This document shows, in pieces, positions 18,728 to 28,855 of a DNA stretch of 64,000 bases. The DNA is taken from positions 75,288 to 139,287 of the forward strand of contig CAWDOQ010000016.1 of NCBI GenBank assembly GCA_963804085.1, in the 5' to 3' direction. Each line of letters starts with the position of its first letter. Positions within the stretch are counted from its first letter, which is position 1. The position numbers and the translations under genes were made by a program. The notes beneath the pieces were generated by a model that was not told the DNA's origin, did not search any database, and saw only the letters and a program-made list of their open reading frames with translations. The DNA is from Chlamydiia bacterium (GTDB taxonomy: Bacteria > Chlamydiota > Chlamydiia > Chlamydiales > Rhabdochlamydiaceae).

Positions 18728-19987
18728 TTAATGAAATAGCAGCCATTTCCAAATGGGAATCACTGAAATCACAAAACCATTCATCTTGATTGTATCTTGT
18801 TCATTTTCCGTGAGAATGATCCCTTCCCGTAAGTGATACGTATTCATGGCTTCAATCACTCCTTCGATTTCCCGTTTTTTGGTTTCGGGATCTTCGAGGG
18901 TTTTTGCCACTTGGATGGCTTGAACGATTTGATTCCCTTCTCTCAGGATAAAATCACATTCTTTCTTCTCTTTGTGGAAGTAGATTTCCTTCGTCTGCAT
19001 TCTCAGGTGAAGAAATACAATATTTTCCAATAGACGTCCCCGGTCTTCGCTCACCCGAAATCCGGTTATTCGAATCAGAGCCGGATCAATCATGTAACAC
19101 TTTTTGTTATATTGAATTTGTTTTTTGAGGGAGTGGCTGTAGCGGTTGACAAAGAAGTAGAGATAACATTGCTCCAAATAGTTGCAATAGTTCGCAATGG
19201 TGTGAGGACTGCTCAGCCCAACAGTTTTAGCTAGATTTGTGTAGCTAAATTCTTTTCCAATATTGCTCGCTAAATAGTAGACCGTTTCTCGCAATGCTTT
19301 TTCATCCTGAATTTTGTAACGCACAATGATGTCGCGGTAGAGAATGCCTTCCAGCAGGTCTTTCAAATATTCTGTTTTTTCAAACTTTACATACTCTGGA
19401 ATTCCACCATTTTTTAAATAATTGGAAAAATGATGCAGAATCATGCCGATATCGGTCGTCGATAGAGCTTTTTTAGAAAGCACTTCAGGGTAGTTATGAT
19501 CTATGATTTCCCGAAAGGAGAGCGGATACACCTCAAGTTGAATATACCTGCCTGTTAAATGGGTACCCAATTCCATGCTCAAGAGTCTTGCATTCGATCC
19601 GGTAATGTAGATCTTTTTCCCCTGCTCATACAATCTTCGGATAAAACGTTCCCATCCTTCGATATTTTGGATTTCATCAAAGTAAAAAGTGGACTGATCC
19701 CCGAACAGTTCGATGAGAACCTCCAACAGCATTTGAAAATCCTTCACTTGAAACTGCACGAGCCGTTCATCATCGAAGTTAAAATAGTAATCTGATTTGG
19801 CCAATTCCAATTGCAACATGCGTTGAATTGTAGATTTTCCAGATCTTCTGAGGCCGCTGATGATGATGATGTTTGGGTCGGCTACAAAACGGTGGACGGT
19901 TTCGGTCAATGTCCGGGTATAAAAATTCTTTGGGGGTCTATACTCCTGTTGATCGGCGATGATTTGTTTGAGGGTCTCCCGTTCCAT
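18728..19987 (-). CDS. AAA_14 ATPase with DUF4143 domain
   Basis: GLRRSGKST, FDEIQ, ITGSNA, GGIPE, K.Y.IDPAL, LLENIVF, KECDF, AIQV. Confidence 0.93.
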   Translation of the reverse strand: MERETLKQIIADQQEYRPPKNFYTRTLTETVHRFVADPNIIIISGLRRSGKSTIQRMLQLELAKSDYYFNFDDERLVQFQVKDFQMLLEVLIELFGDQSTFYFDEIQNIEGWERFIRRLYEQGKKIYITGSNARLLSMELGTHLTGRYIQLEVYPLSFREIIDHNYPEVLSKKALSTTDIGMILHHFSNYLKNGGIPEYVKFEKTEYLKDLLEGILYRDIIVRYKIQDEKALRETVYYLASNIGKEFSYTNLAKTVGLSSPHTIANYCNYLEQCYLYFFVNRYSHSLKKQIQYNKKCYMIDPALIRITGFRVSEDRGRLLENIVFLHLRMQTKEIYFHKEKKECDFILREGNQIVQAIQVAKTLEDPETKKREIEGVIEAMNTYHLREGIILTENEQDTIKMNGFVISVIPIWKWLLFH

Positions 19988-20119
19988 GCTTCTTCTTCCT
20001 TTTTCTGGATTATATCATAAAACCGTGCATTGTCAACGCACGGTTTTGCTTTATAACCATGCATTATTAGCGCACGATATTCGTAAGTTTTTGTTTTCTA
20101 AGACGTTACAAGCATACCA

Positions 20120-20139
20120 CGATTCTTTTCCACCTCCAA
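20120..20139 (+). repeat. Fourth, degenerate copy of tmRNA 3' end
   Basis: CGATTCTTTTCCACCTCCAA versus tmRNA CGATTCTCTCCACCTCCAA. Confidence 0.65.
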
Positions 20140-20224
20140 TTTGGAAGAGGCCCCAACGGACACACGGACTTCCACGGAGAAAACACGGACGTCCGTTCTC
20201 TAGAAGGAATTTCCAGCTCTGAGC

Positions 20225-20815
20225 TTATGACGAGCTGAGGTTCAAATTAGGAATATTCCATACGCCTAGGACTTGCTGAAGATTTAGATTTTCTGGCTGC
20301 CCCTCGATTTTATCAGCCAATCCACAAAGGCTCATGATAAATTGTTGTTGTGCTTCAGTAAAAGAATCGGGGCTGCCTGCGCGCAAACTGCTAACAATGC
20401 TATCAAATGCTCGATAGTAATGCAAAAAAGCTCCCGGATCATCATCGAATTGAAACTCTCCGCGTTCACCCATCTCGCAGGTTTTCTCACGAGGTGTAAT
20501 CAAATCTGCAAATTTCACCAGTCTGTTAGAAGCGTGTATATTCACGTTTCCTTCTTCCGATGCAATTTCGTTAAGGCAAATGACATTGATCGCCGAAATC
20601 ACAATATTTGTCTTACTCTTAATCGGAGCTAAAAGAACCAGACTCCAGCTTTCACAGTACAGTCGAATTGGCCCAAGTGATTCTAAAGGAGAATGAAGAA
20701 TGGCAAAAATGGAGCCGTTGATTTCCACTAATTGCAACCTGTGATCTTCGTTGCTTTTGGGAAAAACCACGCGCAATTTGACATCTGTCGGCATGCTACT
20801 ATTTGAACTTTGCAT
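20225..20815 (-). CDS. Hypothetical protein
   Basis: 196-aa ORF, Ser-rich N-terminus, co-oriented 14 bp after the glycosyltransferase-like gene. Confidence 0.6.
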   Translation of the reverse strand: MQSSNSSMPTDVKLRVVFPKSNEDHRLQLVEINGSIFAILHSPLESLGPIRLYCESWSLVLLAPIKSKTNIVISAINVICLNEIASEEGNVNIHASNRLVKFADLITPREKTCEMGERGEFQFDDDPGAFLHYYRAFDSIVSSLRAGSPDSFTEAQQQFIMSLCGLADKIEGQPENLNLQQVLGVWNIPNLNLSSS

Positions 20816-20829
20816 AATATTTTAAAAGC

Positions 20830-22155
20830 TTAAGCTATAGCACTATCTGTTGCGAGATTAATCTTGGCGACAAATGTACCAGGAGAGACGATTTGAGCGC
20901 CTAAATGCCGTTTCAAATAACGAGCATTTCCTGCTTCCCATATAGGCATGCCCTGTGTCAAAAGCGTTTCCTCTTCGGTAGCGGTAGACCCTACGGGAGG
21001 AGCGGCATGGATAAATACATCGCCTTGAGGAGGCAATGCTAGGACTTCCATCGCAGTTGCTCCTCCTGATTTGATAATATCTAGATCGCTGCGGTGTGCA
21101 AGAGGCGCAATGTGCTTGTCATCTTGGAAAGCAAGAGGAAGAACATATACGCGTTCGTAGCCGCCTTCTCGCCTCTTTTCATCTACAAGATCGCAAATGT
21201 GTTGAAAGAGAGAGTTTGCCCCCTTATCGCCGCCACATAAAACAAAGACAAATTGACGTTCGTTCCCATGGCGCGCATTGTCCATAAGGGTGCGCACATA
21301 AGACTTTGCAGCTTCTAGGCAAGATTGACCTCCTAGACGAATTGTTGCGACTGCATCTTGGGGGTTAATAGTTATAGCGATCTCCTCTTTTTCCCGATCC
21401 AAATTAAGTCCCGCACATTTTTGAATAGCCTGGAGCTGATCTGATGGAGCTTTTAGCATCAGACGCACCGGAACGCCTGTCTTGTACTGCTGTTTAAAAG
21501 CAGCGCGTACGGGTAGCTCTCCGGGGCCTACGTAATCTAGATTCTCTAATGGAAGATCGCACGTTCTTTGCCAAAAAGTTGCCTCGTCTTCTCCATTTTC
21601 CAAGAGTGGACGCGCGGCAACGAGTTTAAATATGCTCCTGTCTGCATCGGAAAGATATCGGAGATTGTAAAAGAAGTTTTCCGTATAGCTCGTAGGAAGC
21701 TCTGTCAGCACCATAGTCACCGTGATAGCTTCCTTTTTTAACCCGAATAACCAATTAACGAAATTTGCAACACGAGCAGCGGTGAGCAAACCTCCGGTAG
21801 ATATGGGTTGCACGGTAACAATCGCATCAATATCGTCTCTAAAGATTCTGTAGAGAAAGGCAAAAAAGGCAAAAATGCTGAGTAGATACCTATCGAGACA
21901 TTGGAGAGAGAGATAACCATTGAGACCAGCAACATCCCCCTCTTTTTGCTTTTGCGCCCAACTTTCAATAATGTAATTGCCGATAGTTTCGCCAAGAGTG
22001 TTTTTATACACATCGATGGAGACCGTGCGCAAATTGGGATTGCTGTCCGTCAATACCTTTGCGACATATCTTTCTGTTTGAATATGGCCGCCGCCGCATC
22101 CATTCGATACAATTAAAATATTGTCTTTACTCGACAAAGCAGTGATTGAGCTCAT
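20830..22155 (-). CDS. GT-B glycosyltransferase-like protein (GT28/MGDG-synthase-like)
   Basis: N-terminal GCGGGH, LPVRAAF, DIIKSGGATAME, WEAGNARYL motifs. Confidence 0.7.
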   Translation of the reverse strand: MSSITALSSKDNILIVSNGCGGGHIQTERYVAKVLTDSNPNLRTVSIDVYKNTLGETIGNYIIESWAQKQKEGDVAGLNGYLSLQCLDRYLLSIFAFFAFLYRIFRDDIDAIVTVQPISTGGLLTAARVANFVNWLFGLKKEAITVTMVLTELPTSYTENFFYNLRYLSDADRSIFKLVAARPLLENGEDEATFWQRTCDLPLENLDYVGPGELPVRAAFKQQYKTGVPVRLMLKAPSDQLQAIQKCAGLNLDREKEEIAITINPQDAVATIRLGGQSCLEAAKSYVRTLMDNARHGNERQFVFVLCGGDKGANSLFQHICDLVDEKRREGGYERVYVLPLAFQDDKHIAPLAHRSDLDIIKSGGATAMEVLALPPQGDVFIHAAPPVGSTATEEETLLTQGMPIWEAGNARYLKRHLGAQIVSPGTFVAKINLATDSAIA

Positions 22156-22257
22156 AGATCCCTTATGTTTTTGAGCTATTTATAATAAAACAATTAGCAA
22201 TTAATTGATATTAATATTGATTAAAAACATGTTACTAATTGAAATTAACAATAAATA

Positions 22258-23310
22258 ATGATAATATCTTCGGATATGTCTTTAGAAGCCCTAGTCAAAT
22301 ACTGCTCTTTCGAAACCTCCATTCCTGAATATGGAAAGGTTCAAAATCCTACAGAACTGGCAGCAAATCTTTTTCTTCATCCGACAAGGATTTTTTTGGG
22401 CGTTCTTGTCATTAAAGAACCAAGCTACGAACTGCTCTCTCTCGTGAAGAAGGCAGGAGCTGTTGCTATACTAATTATTTTAACTCCCCTCGCTCTCATA
22501 GGCATGATATTAAGAGGCATCGGGTATCTACTACCCCATGAAACTTATGGAGACGATCGCACAGATCTCAGCGACTGCGTAAAAGCAAGATACACTTCGC
22601 CTACTAAGATTGAGCTGTGTTACGAACTTGCGGAGACGTTTACTAGAGTATGTAAAGAGAATGGTTTTGTAGATGCTCAAGGGATTCCTCTATTTTGCAT
22701 ACAAGGGGGAAATACATTAGGGTCTCTCCGTCATGGTGGCATGATTCCTGGAGACGATGATATTGATCTCTTTGTAAATAGCGAGCACGAAGCGCGCATA
22801 GTTGAACTTAAAAGCGCTTTTTCAGCTGCCGGTTTTGAGTGGGATGACTCGATGCGCAGCGTACATGGACTATACAAACTGCGCTTTAGTCGAGAAAAAT
22901 TAGATAAATTTCCATTCCCTGTCGAAGAGAACGACAATCCCGATATTGATGTTGCCATATGCGATAGAATGTCCGACGGAAGCTACACCTATTCATCCAC
23001 TTTGAGAAGAGCGACATATCCCAATGATTATTTCTCACGAGAAGAGTTTGAAGGAGGCTTTGAAGAAGCTCCCTACGGTCCTCCTCATTTAGGCTTAAGA
23101 CTCCCCGGATTAAAGCGAGCACACGGGGAATCCTATGTCAAACGCTATTACGGCGAAGACTGTTTAGATTATGGCATCCTAACTCATGGACATTTCAGAC
23201 TTAATCTAGGTTGCTGCGAACTCGCTTTGCCATTTTTCAAAAAGGATGCCCACCGTTTTAGAATTACAAACCACACCCCTGCTCAGGGTTGTTACCGCTG
23301 GAAAGAATAA
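22258..23310 (+). CDS. licD: LicD-family phosphotransferase with N-terminal membrane segment
   Basis: GNTLGSLRHGGMIPGDDDIDL, DIDV, YVKRYYGED. Confidence 0.85.
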   Translation: MIISSDMSLEALVKYCSFETSIPEYGKVQNPTELAANLFLHPTRIFLGVLVIKEPSYELLSLVKKAGAVAILIILTPLALIGMILRGIGYLLPHETYGDDRTDLSDCVKARYTSPTKIELCYELAETFTRVCKENGFVDAQGIPLFCIQGGNTLGSLRHGGMIPGDDDIDLFVNSEHEARIVELKSAFSAAGFEWDDSMRSVHGLYKLRFSREKLDKFPFPVEENDNPDIDVAICDRMSDGSYTYSSTLRRATYPNDYFSREEFEGGFEEAPYGPPHLGLRLPGLKRAHGESYVKRYYGEDCLDYGILTHGHFRLNLGCCELALPFFKKDAHRFRITNHTPAQGCYRWKE

Positions 23311-23316
23311 GAAAAT

Positions 23317-23455
23317 AACAGGATGGCAGGATGAACAGGATGAAGAAGAAAGAACGAAAATCGGATATTTTTTCCTTCTACATCCTTGCCATCCTGTTAT
23401 TTGCTTCTTTTCTTTCCTATCCTGCTCATCCTGCCATCCTGTTTTAACTCTTTGC
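23317..23455. repeat. Inverted short-tandem-repeat element (ACAGGATG/CATCCTGT family)
   Basis: AACAGGATGGCAGGATGAACAGGAT ... ATCCTGCTCATCCTGCCATCCTGTT; second copy at 36981-37095. Confidence 0.75.
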
Positions 23456-23598
23456 CTTCGAAACGATCTCTCAAACCTGTCGCACTATCCAACCTCCAAA
23501 TTCATCATGAATTTTGATAAATGGTATTAGTTGTTGCATGGATTTCCGTTATCTACTATTTTCTTCTAAAAAAGAGTTTAACTTACGGAAAATCCAAG

Positions 23599-24777
23599 AT
23601 GGTAAAAAAATCAAGGGCCTATGCGGTAGCTTTTTTCTGTTTATGGTCAATAGTTTCATGTGCAACTGAGCCTAATACAGTTATTAAAACCATTCCGGTA
23701 GGAGATACTCCGGCTGGGATAGCGGTTACACCCAACAATCTCTTCGCGTATGTTGCGAACAACAACAACGATTCACTCCCTAATGGAAACACCGTTAGCG
23801 TAATAAATCTAACGTTTAACACTCTCGAACAAACCATTAGCGATAGCAGTTTTAACGAACCCTACACAGTAACCATAAACGCAGCCGGGACAAAAGCTTA
23901 TGTGACCAATAGCTTTGGTACAACGGTGACGATCATAGACATCGCGACGAATACGGTTTTAGGTACGATTAATGGTTTGAATGGCCCGTCGGGTTTTGTC
24001 ATCTCCTCTGATGGGAATTTTGCCTATGTTAATAATTATGGTGCAGGCGGAGGTAGCGGCACCGGCACAACAGTAAATGTCGTTAACCTAAACACTAATA
24101 CGATTGTTGGCTCGCCACTTACAGTGGGACTCGCTCCTGCAGCAATGGCCATCACACCGGATGGCGCATATGTCTACGTTGTCAGTTATGTCGACGGTAA
24201 TCTAGGCACTGGCACAATAAGCATCATAAACACAAGCGACAACTCTGTACGGCTCAATGCCATCACAGGTTTTTCCGGACCATTTGCAATTGCAATAACA
24301 CCTGATGGCAAATATGCTTATGTGACTAATTTTGGGAGCAACAACTTTTCACCTGTAGGCACCACAGTGAGCGTTGTAGATCTAAGCAGCAATACCATTG
24401 TTGCAACGATTACCCTCGGAATACAGCCCTCGGGCATTGCCATTACGCCCGATGGTTCCTTTGCATATGTTTCAAATTACAGCACTGTTTACAATGGCGC
24501 CGGGTTTACCGATCTAACAGCTAGCCAGGGAACCGTTAGCGTTATCGAAACTAAAACCAATACTGTAGTCTCTCAAATAGTAGGATTGGGGCTCTCTCCC
24601 GATGCAATTGCTATATCACCCAATGGCCAATTTGCCTACGTCACTAATTACAGCTCCAATACTGTGAGCATCATAGCATTGCCATCAGAGCTCTATGACA
24701 TTAATCGATTGACACCCATCTACAATCTACAACTTGACCGAACATTAAAAAAATTGAATAAAGCAGGATTACTATGA
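23599..24777 (+). CDS. YVTN beta-propeller repeat protein (YncE-like), probable lipoprotein
   Basis: About seven P.GIAITPDG..AYVTN...TVSVID repeats; lipobox-like IVSC after hydrophobic leader from ATG 23599. Confidence 0.9.
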   Translation: MVKKSRAYAVAFFCLWSIVSCATEPNTVIKTIPVGDTPAGIAVTPNNLFAYVANNNNDSLPNGNTVSVINLTFNTLEQTISDSSFNEPYTVTINAAGTKAYVTNSFGTTVTIIDIATNTVLGTINGLNGPSGFVISSDGNFAYVNNYGAGGGSGTGTTVNVVNLNTNTIVGSPLTVGLAPAAMAITPDGAYVYVVSYVDGNLGTGTISIINTSDNSVRLNAITGFSGPFAIAITPDGKYAYVTNFGSNNFSPVGTTVSVVDLSSNTIVATITLGIQPSGIAITPDGSFAYVSNYSTVYNGAGFTDLTASQGTVSVIETKTNTVVSQIVGLGLSPDAIAISPNGQFAYVTNYSSNTVSIIALPSELYDINRLTPIYNLQLDRTLKKLNKAGLL

Positions 24778-25535
24778 ACCACTGGCGCCAGTTTTTATCC
24801 CTATTTTTATTTTCGGCAAGCGCGATCTTTGCTGATACGCCCGAAAATAAAGAAACACCTCAGCACAAGACTTACAAGCCAGAAGGCTGGTCTTTGGATA
24901 TAGGGGGTGACTACACCTGGATGTCATTTTCAACTCCTCCTACCTATTCAGGAAGTACTGGCGGAGTTCTGGGCAAACTCACCTATCAGAAACCAAATGC
25001 CTTCTTTGGCCAAGCACGTTCTGTTTACAATCTCGGATGTCTATCGAGTTCATTAAACAGAGCAAAAGTGCATGAGTGGTACTTAGAATTTGTCGGAGGA
25101 TACTGTTTTTCTGCTCTTAAGAATTGGACGATCACTCCCTATGCAGGCATCGGCCTTGATTTTCTCTCTGATCGTCACACAGGTTATGCCCACACCGCTC
25201 CTATCCACCTGAAGTACACCATTTACTACGCCATTGCCGGGTTAGAGACTCACTATACCTGGCGAAATTGGATGCTAGGGTTGCAAGTCGATTGCCTACC
25301 TACTTTCAATCAGTACCTCAGAATCACAAGTCTATCTCAAGCTGCCTGGATACTTAAAAATAGAACAGGCGCAGCCGTACATCTTCCAGTTGCCTACAGA
25401 TACGTGAAGAATTTCTGGTTAGAACTTGCTCCTTACTACCGATTTCTGCCTGTAGGGGCTTCACATACTCTGAATCTACCCAAAAGAAATCTCAACGAAT
25501 GGGGAGCTTTTCTAACCTTTCGCTTCTTTCTTTAG
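24774..25535 (+). CDS. Outer-membrane beta-barrel protein
   Basis: Signal peptide, alternating aromatic beta strands (TPYAGIG, LELAPYY), C-terminal WGAFLTFRFFL; ATGA overlap with the YVTN gene. Confidence 0.75.
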   Translation: MNHWRQFLSLFLFSASAIFADTPENKETPQHKTYKPEGWSLDIGGDYTWMSFSTPPTYSGSTGGVLGKLTYQKPNAFFGQARSVYNLGCLSSSLNRAKVHEWYLEFVGGYCFSALKNWTITPYAGIGLDFLSDRHTGYAHTAPIHLKYTIYYAIAGLETHYTWRNWMLGLQVDCLPTFNQYLRITSLSQAAWILKNRTGAAVHLPVAYRYVKNFWLELAPYYRFLPVGASHTLNLPKRNLNEWGAFLTFRFFL

Positions 25536-25596
25536 ACTGTTTGACAGAAAAATAGAGATCGCCTATCAGGAAGATAAATCTTCATGAGGATGCGAT

Positions 25597-25962
25597 ATGT
25601 TTAAACTCTGCCTGCTTGGTTTGTTTGCAACAGCTGCACTATATGGCGTTGAAGGCACTTATGCCGGTTCTGGTACTGACCCCCTTACAAAAGAGGCATA
25701 CATGGTGACTGCCACCTTTACCCAAGATGACAATGGTATCTACCAAGCAACATGGGACGAGGCGCAAAAGGGAAAAGACACACACTATACAGGGACAGGC
25801 TTGCAGCAGGGCGATTTCATGAGCTTTGTATACCAAAATGAAGACGACGCTTCTGACACCGGGCTCCAAATCTACAAAATCAAAGGGAATGCCCTAGAGG
25901 GTCGATTTGTCATGATAGGTGAGAACGCCGTAGGCAATGAGAAGCTCTCTCTGAAGAAATAA
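25597..25962 (+). CDS. Small exported beta-rich protein
   Basis: Signal peptide, GAGGA RBS, 121 aa. Confidence 0.65.
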   Translation: MFKLCLLGLFATAALYGVEGTYAGSGTDPLTKEAYMVTATFTQDDNGIYQATWDEAQKGKDTHYTGTGLQQGDFMSFVYQNEDDASDTGLQIYKIKGNALEGRFVMIGENAVGNEKLSLKK

Positions 25963-26110
25963 TTCCCTTAAAACTGGACGCCAAGCTCCGTCGCAAACGA
26001 ACTTTGCACCCATGCGCAGCAAAAAAGCAGATACTTAAATTTGAAGAACATCCTGCGTAAACGCAGGAGATTCTCCCCATGTAAGGGGCTCCTGCTTCGC
26101 GTCGCATTAT

Positions 26111-26218
26111 CTATATAGCTCGGCTTACTCGCGCTTGTTCAAGCATGGGATCACGCCCAACCAACTCGGGCGGTGGAGAACCAGCGCCAGGCGAAAATGG
26201 GTTTTTGATTAGATCCAA
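26111..26218 (-). pseudogene. N-terminal remnant of an AAA ATPase gene
   Basis: Manual translation from TTG: DLIKNPFSPGAGSPPPELVGRDPMLEQAR, then a stop after 35 codons. Confidence 0.65.
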
Positions 26219-26493
26219 GTTTTACTCCAGTTATACCAACTTATACACACTTATACTCAAAACCTGCAATAAGTAGGTATAGCTTTTCATAAGCAGATTA
26301 TAATTAATAAGATAGAAGAAAGTTTCAGAAAAAATATAGTAAAGGTTACCCTGATTTTCAATTTTGTTTTGGGCCCAATGGACAGAAAGGACACGGACGA
26401 AAATGGATGTGAAACGGACACAAAAGGACGGGCCCAAAAAACTAGCTAACGTTTAATCTTGTGTCCATTAAGCCCCCTCTTGCTCTGGACTTT

Positions 26494-26964
26494 TCACGCT
26501 TGCTCCTTTTTCCCAACAGGCACATACAGATTGATCCGCGCGTTCCACTTTTTGCCAAGCGCTTCCACTCCTCCTCCCACTTGATTATAGGGATGTCTGC
26601 TAGTCTGGAGATAATCATACATTACATTGATGCCCCACACCTGTTTAAAGCGCTCGCTGAGATAACGAAAGCCGAGACCTCCATTTGCAGCATATTTGCC
26701 ATCGTTAAAGATATGCCCCCTTAAATCTAAAAGAGGAACCAGCTGCTCTTGTGAAAAAGGCTGAGAGAGAAAAAGATCAAGAGAAGAATAGCCCTTCGAA
26801 TAGCCAAGGCCTTTGCCCTTAATGTGCCCCACACTAATGTGCTCAGGAGCGGGATTTTTTATAGGAGAATGCGCTGCAGGCTCTGGAGTAGAATTTTCTT
26901 CCGCACCGCAGCTTCTATAAACGAAACACAGACAAGAAGTAAGCGCACAAACAACTCGTTTCAC
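26494..26964 (-). pseudogene. Truncated inverse-autotransporter (intimin/invasin-like) beta domain
   Basis: GLGYSKGYSSL, DLRGHIFNDGKYAANGGLGFRY, WGINVMYD, QVGGGVE, RINLYVPVG, then stops. Confidence 0.7.
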
Positions 26965-27052
26965 AGCTAGTAGATAGTGAGCAAAAAAAATATTGATGTC
27001 AATTTTAGCAGCTCACAAAAACTAAAAAAACGAATGCCCGATCTCTTGAATT

Positions 27053-27292
27053 TCACTTGAGTCCTGCTAATTCTCGAGTCAAAAGAGCGATTACGGACCA
27101 ATCAAAATCAGCTCTTCCTAAATTCATGCAAGTGAGCATTTTTTCATGAATATCAGAAAGAAAGGGCATGGGAACCTGCGCCTTGTCAGCGCACTCTTGA
27201 AGAAGCCGCATATCTTTTAACCCAAGATTCAAGGCAAAACCCCCATCGGCGAAATTGCGACCCAGTCCAATAAACCCGACTTTCTGTTTCAT
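27053..27292 (-). pseudogene. Beta-hydroxyacid dehydrogenase (3-HIBADH-like) with large in-frame internal deletion
   Basis: N-terminal KVGFIGLG fused directly to C-terminal GGFALNLGLKDMRL...G..DFDWS. Confidence 0.8.
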
Positions 27293-27300
27293 AAATCCTC

Positions 27301-28152
27301 CTAAGGCCTTCCTTCTTTCAAAAACATGCGCATATAATCATCAAATGCAGCGATGACAGATTGAGGATTTTCTATCCAAGGAAAATGGCCTGCGTTACTG
27401 ATCTCCCTCATGAGAATATTGCTGCGCTTATATTCTTGTTTCTCTGCAAAGTGTTTGAGAGGGATAGCAATATCTTTTTCCCCTGACAAAATAAGGGTGG
27501 GAATCTTAGGAATCCATTTTGCTTGATAAGTGGGATCAAAATGCTCTTCTGCCCATTGAAATACTTCATAATTAAAGGGCAGTTTATTCAAGAATTGCAC
27601 ACCTCTTTTCAATCCATCTTCTGTGAAAAACATGCGAGGAGCTGCGGCAACGATGCACTCGCGGAGCGCAGTATTGCTTGGATTTTTTTTGTAACTTCTA
27701 TCTGCCCGATCCGCTTCTGGAAGAGGAAAATACACAAGTTTCCCTGTGAGTTCTTTTTGCCAAGACATATCAGGAGCCGAGGTCATAAGCGCCAAGCCCG
27801 CTAGATTTTTTTCCAAGCCGGGAGTAGCTAATGCAAACATTCCCCCTCTTGAATGAGCGACCAAGACTACATTTTTCAAAGCTCCTGTAGCTTCGATTAA
27901 AGCTTGGGACCAATGGCTAAACGATTGCTTGTTGTTAACAGTGACATTAGAGCCATCACCCGGCAGATCGAGGAGCCACATATTTCCGGGTAATTCAAGA
28001 ACGTCTATCAACGGGAGTAACGATTCTGATCCTAACCCTGGTCCTCCCGGAAGAAAAAGCCAATGCAGGCTGCTCCCTTCCTCACTGCGCACCAACTGTA
28101 AGCGCGCACCTGCTCGCGTCCAAAGATATGGTTTATTCATAGTGAATTCCAT
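27301..28152 (-). CDS. Alpha/beta hydrolase
   Basis: LPGGPG, DLPGDG, AHSRGG nucleophile elbow, GEKD, AGHFPW. Confidence 0.9.
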   Translation of the reverse strand: MEFTMNKPYLWTRAGARLQLVRSEEGSSLHWLFLPGGPGLGSESLLPLIDVLELPGNMWLLDLPGDGSNVTVNNKQSFSHWSQALIEATGALKNVVLVAHSRGGMFALATPGLEKNLAGLALMTSAPDMSWQKELTGKLVYFPLPEADRADRSYKKNPSNTALRECIVAAAPRMFFTEDGLKRGVQFLNKLPFNYEVFQWAEEHFDPTYQAKWIPKIPTLILSGEKDIAIPLKHFAEKQEYKRSNILMREISNAGHFPWIENPQSVIAAFDDYMRMFLKEGRP

Positions 28153-28164
28153 GCTTTGGACTTT

Positions 28165-28677
28165 TCATACTGTCTCCTTTTTTAACCATAATGCTACGCC
28201 GATTATCACGGCGCTGAGTATCGTGATTGCGATGACCAGCAGATACATGTATTGGACTAAAAGAGCGGTGAGCAGTGCAAAAAGGGCAAGTACAATTCCC
28301 ACCATTAGGAAGATGGAGTCGATATAGATTCCAGCAAGAAAGACGCCAAGACTCAATAAAATGAGATGGAATATTCCAGCGATGAATCTGCTGATCGTTC
28401 CTAGATGCACCAAGTAGGTAACCAAAAATATAACACCGGTCAACCCGATCCAATGGAGGAGTTCATGCCATAAAGTAATTGGGCTAACGACGGAGCGCTG
28501 CCTTTTATCGTACCAACTTAGCCAGAGAGCAAGCAGGGCGTAGATGGGCACCATCCATTTCCAATAATTCCATCCCCCTGTCTCATGCGTATTTGTAAAT
28601 ACCATTCCAACAAAAGCGAGGAATAGCATAATAAGTCCAACAACTAATCGAGCTCTCCATGGATGTGCAGCTTGCAT
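28165..28677 (-). CDS. Multi-pass membrane protein
   Basis: 170 aa, about six hydrophobic segments. Confidence 0.75.
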   Translation of the reverse strand: MQAAHPWRARLVVGLIMLFLAFVGMVFTNTHETGGWNYWKWMVPIYALLALWLSWYDKRQRSVVSPITLWHELLHWIGLTGVIFLVTYLVHLGTISRFIAGIFHLILLSLGVFLAGIYIDSIFLMVGIVLALFALLTALLVQYMYLLVIAITILSAVIIGVALWLKKETV

Positions 28678-28855
28678 AAATCTCTGTTTACTTCACTTCG
28701 ATCGCAAAGTCCACAATCAACTTCCTATCGCTACGAACCTAGCCACCGAATTTTATTTTTAATATTAAAGCAAAATATTAGTTAATTAATACAAACTAAT
28801 TAACTAATTTAATATTCAGGACAAATGTAAAATCTCCGTGTAAAAGGAGTTTTTT

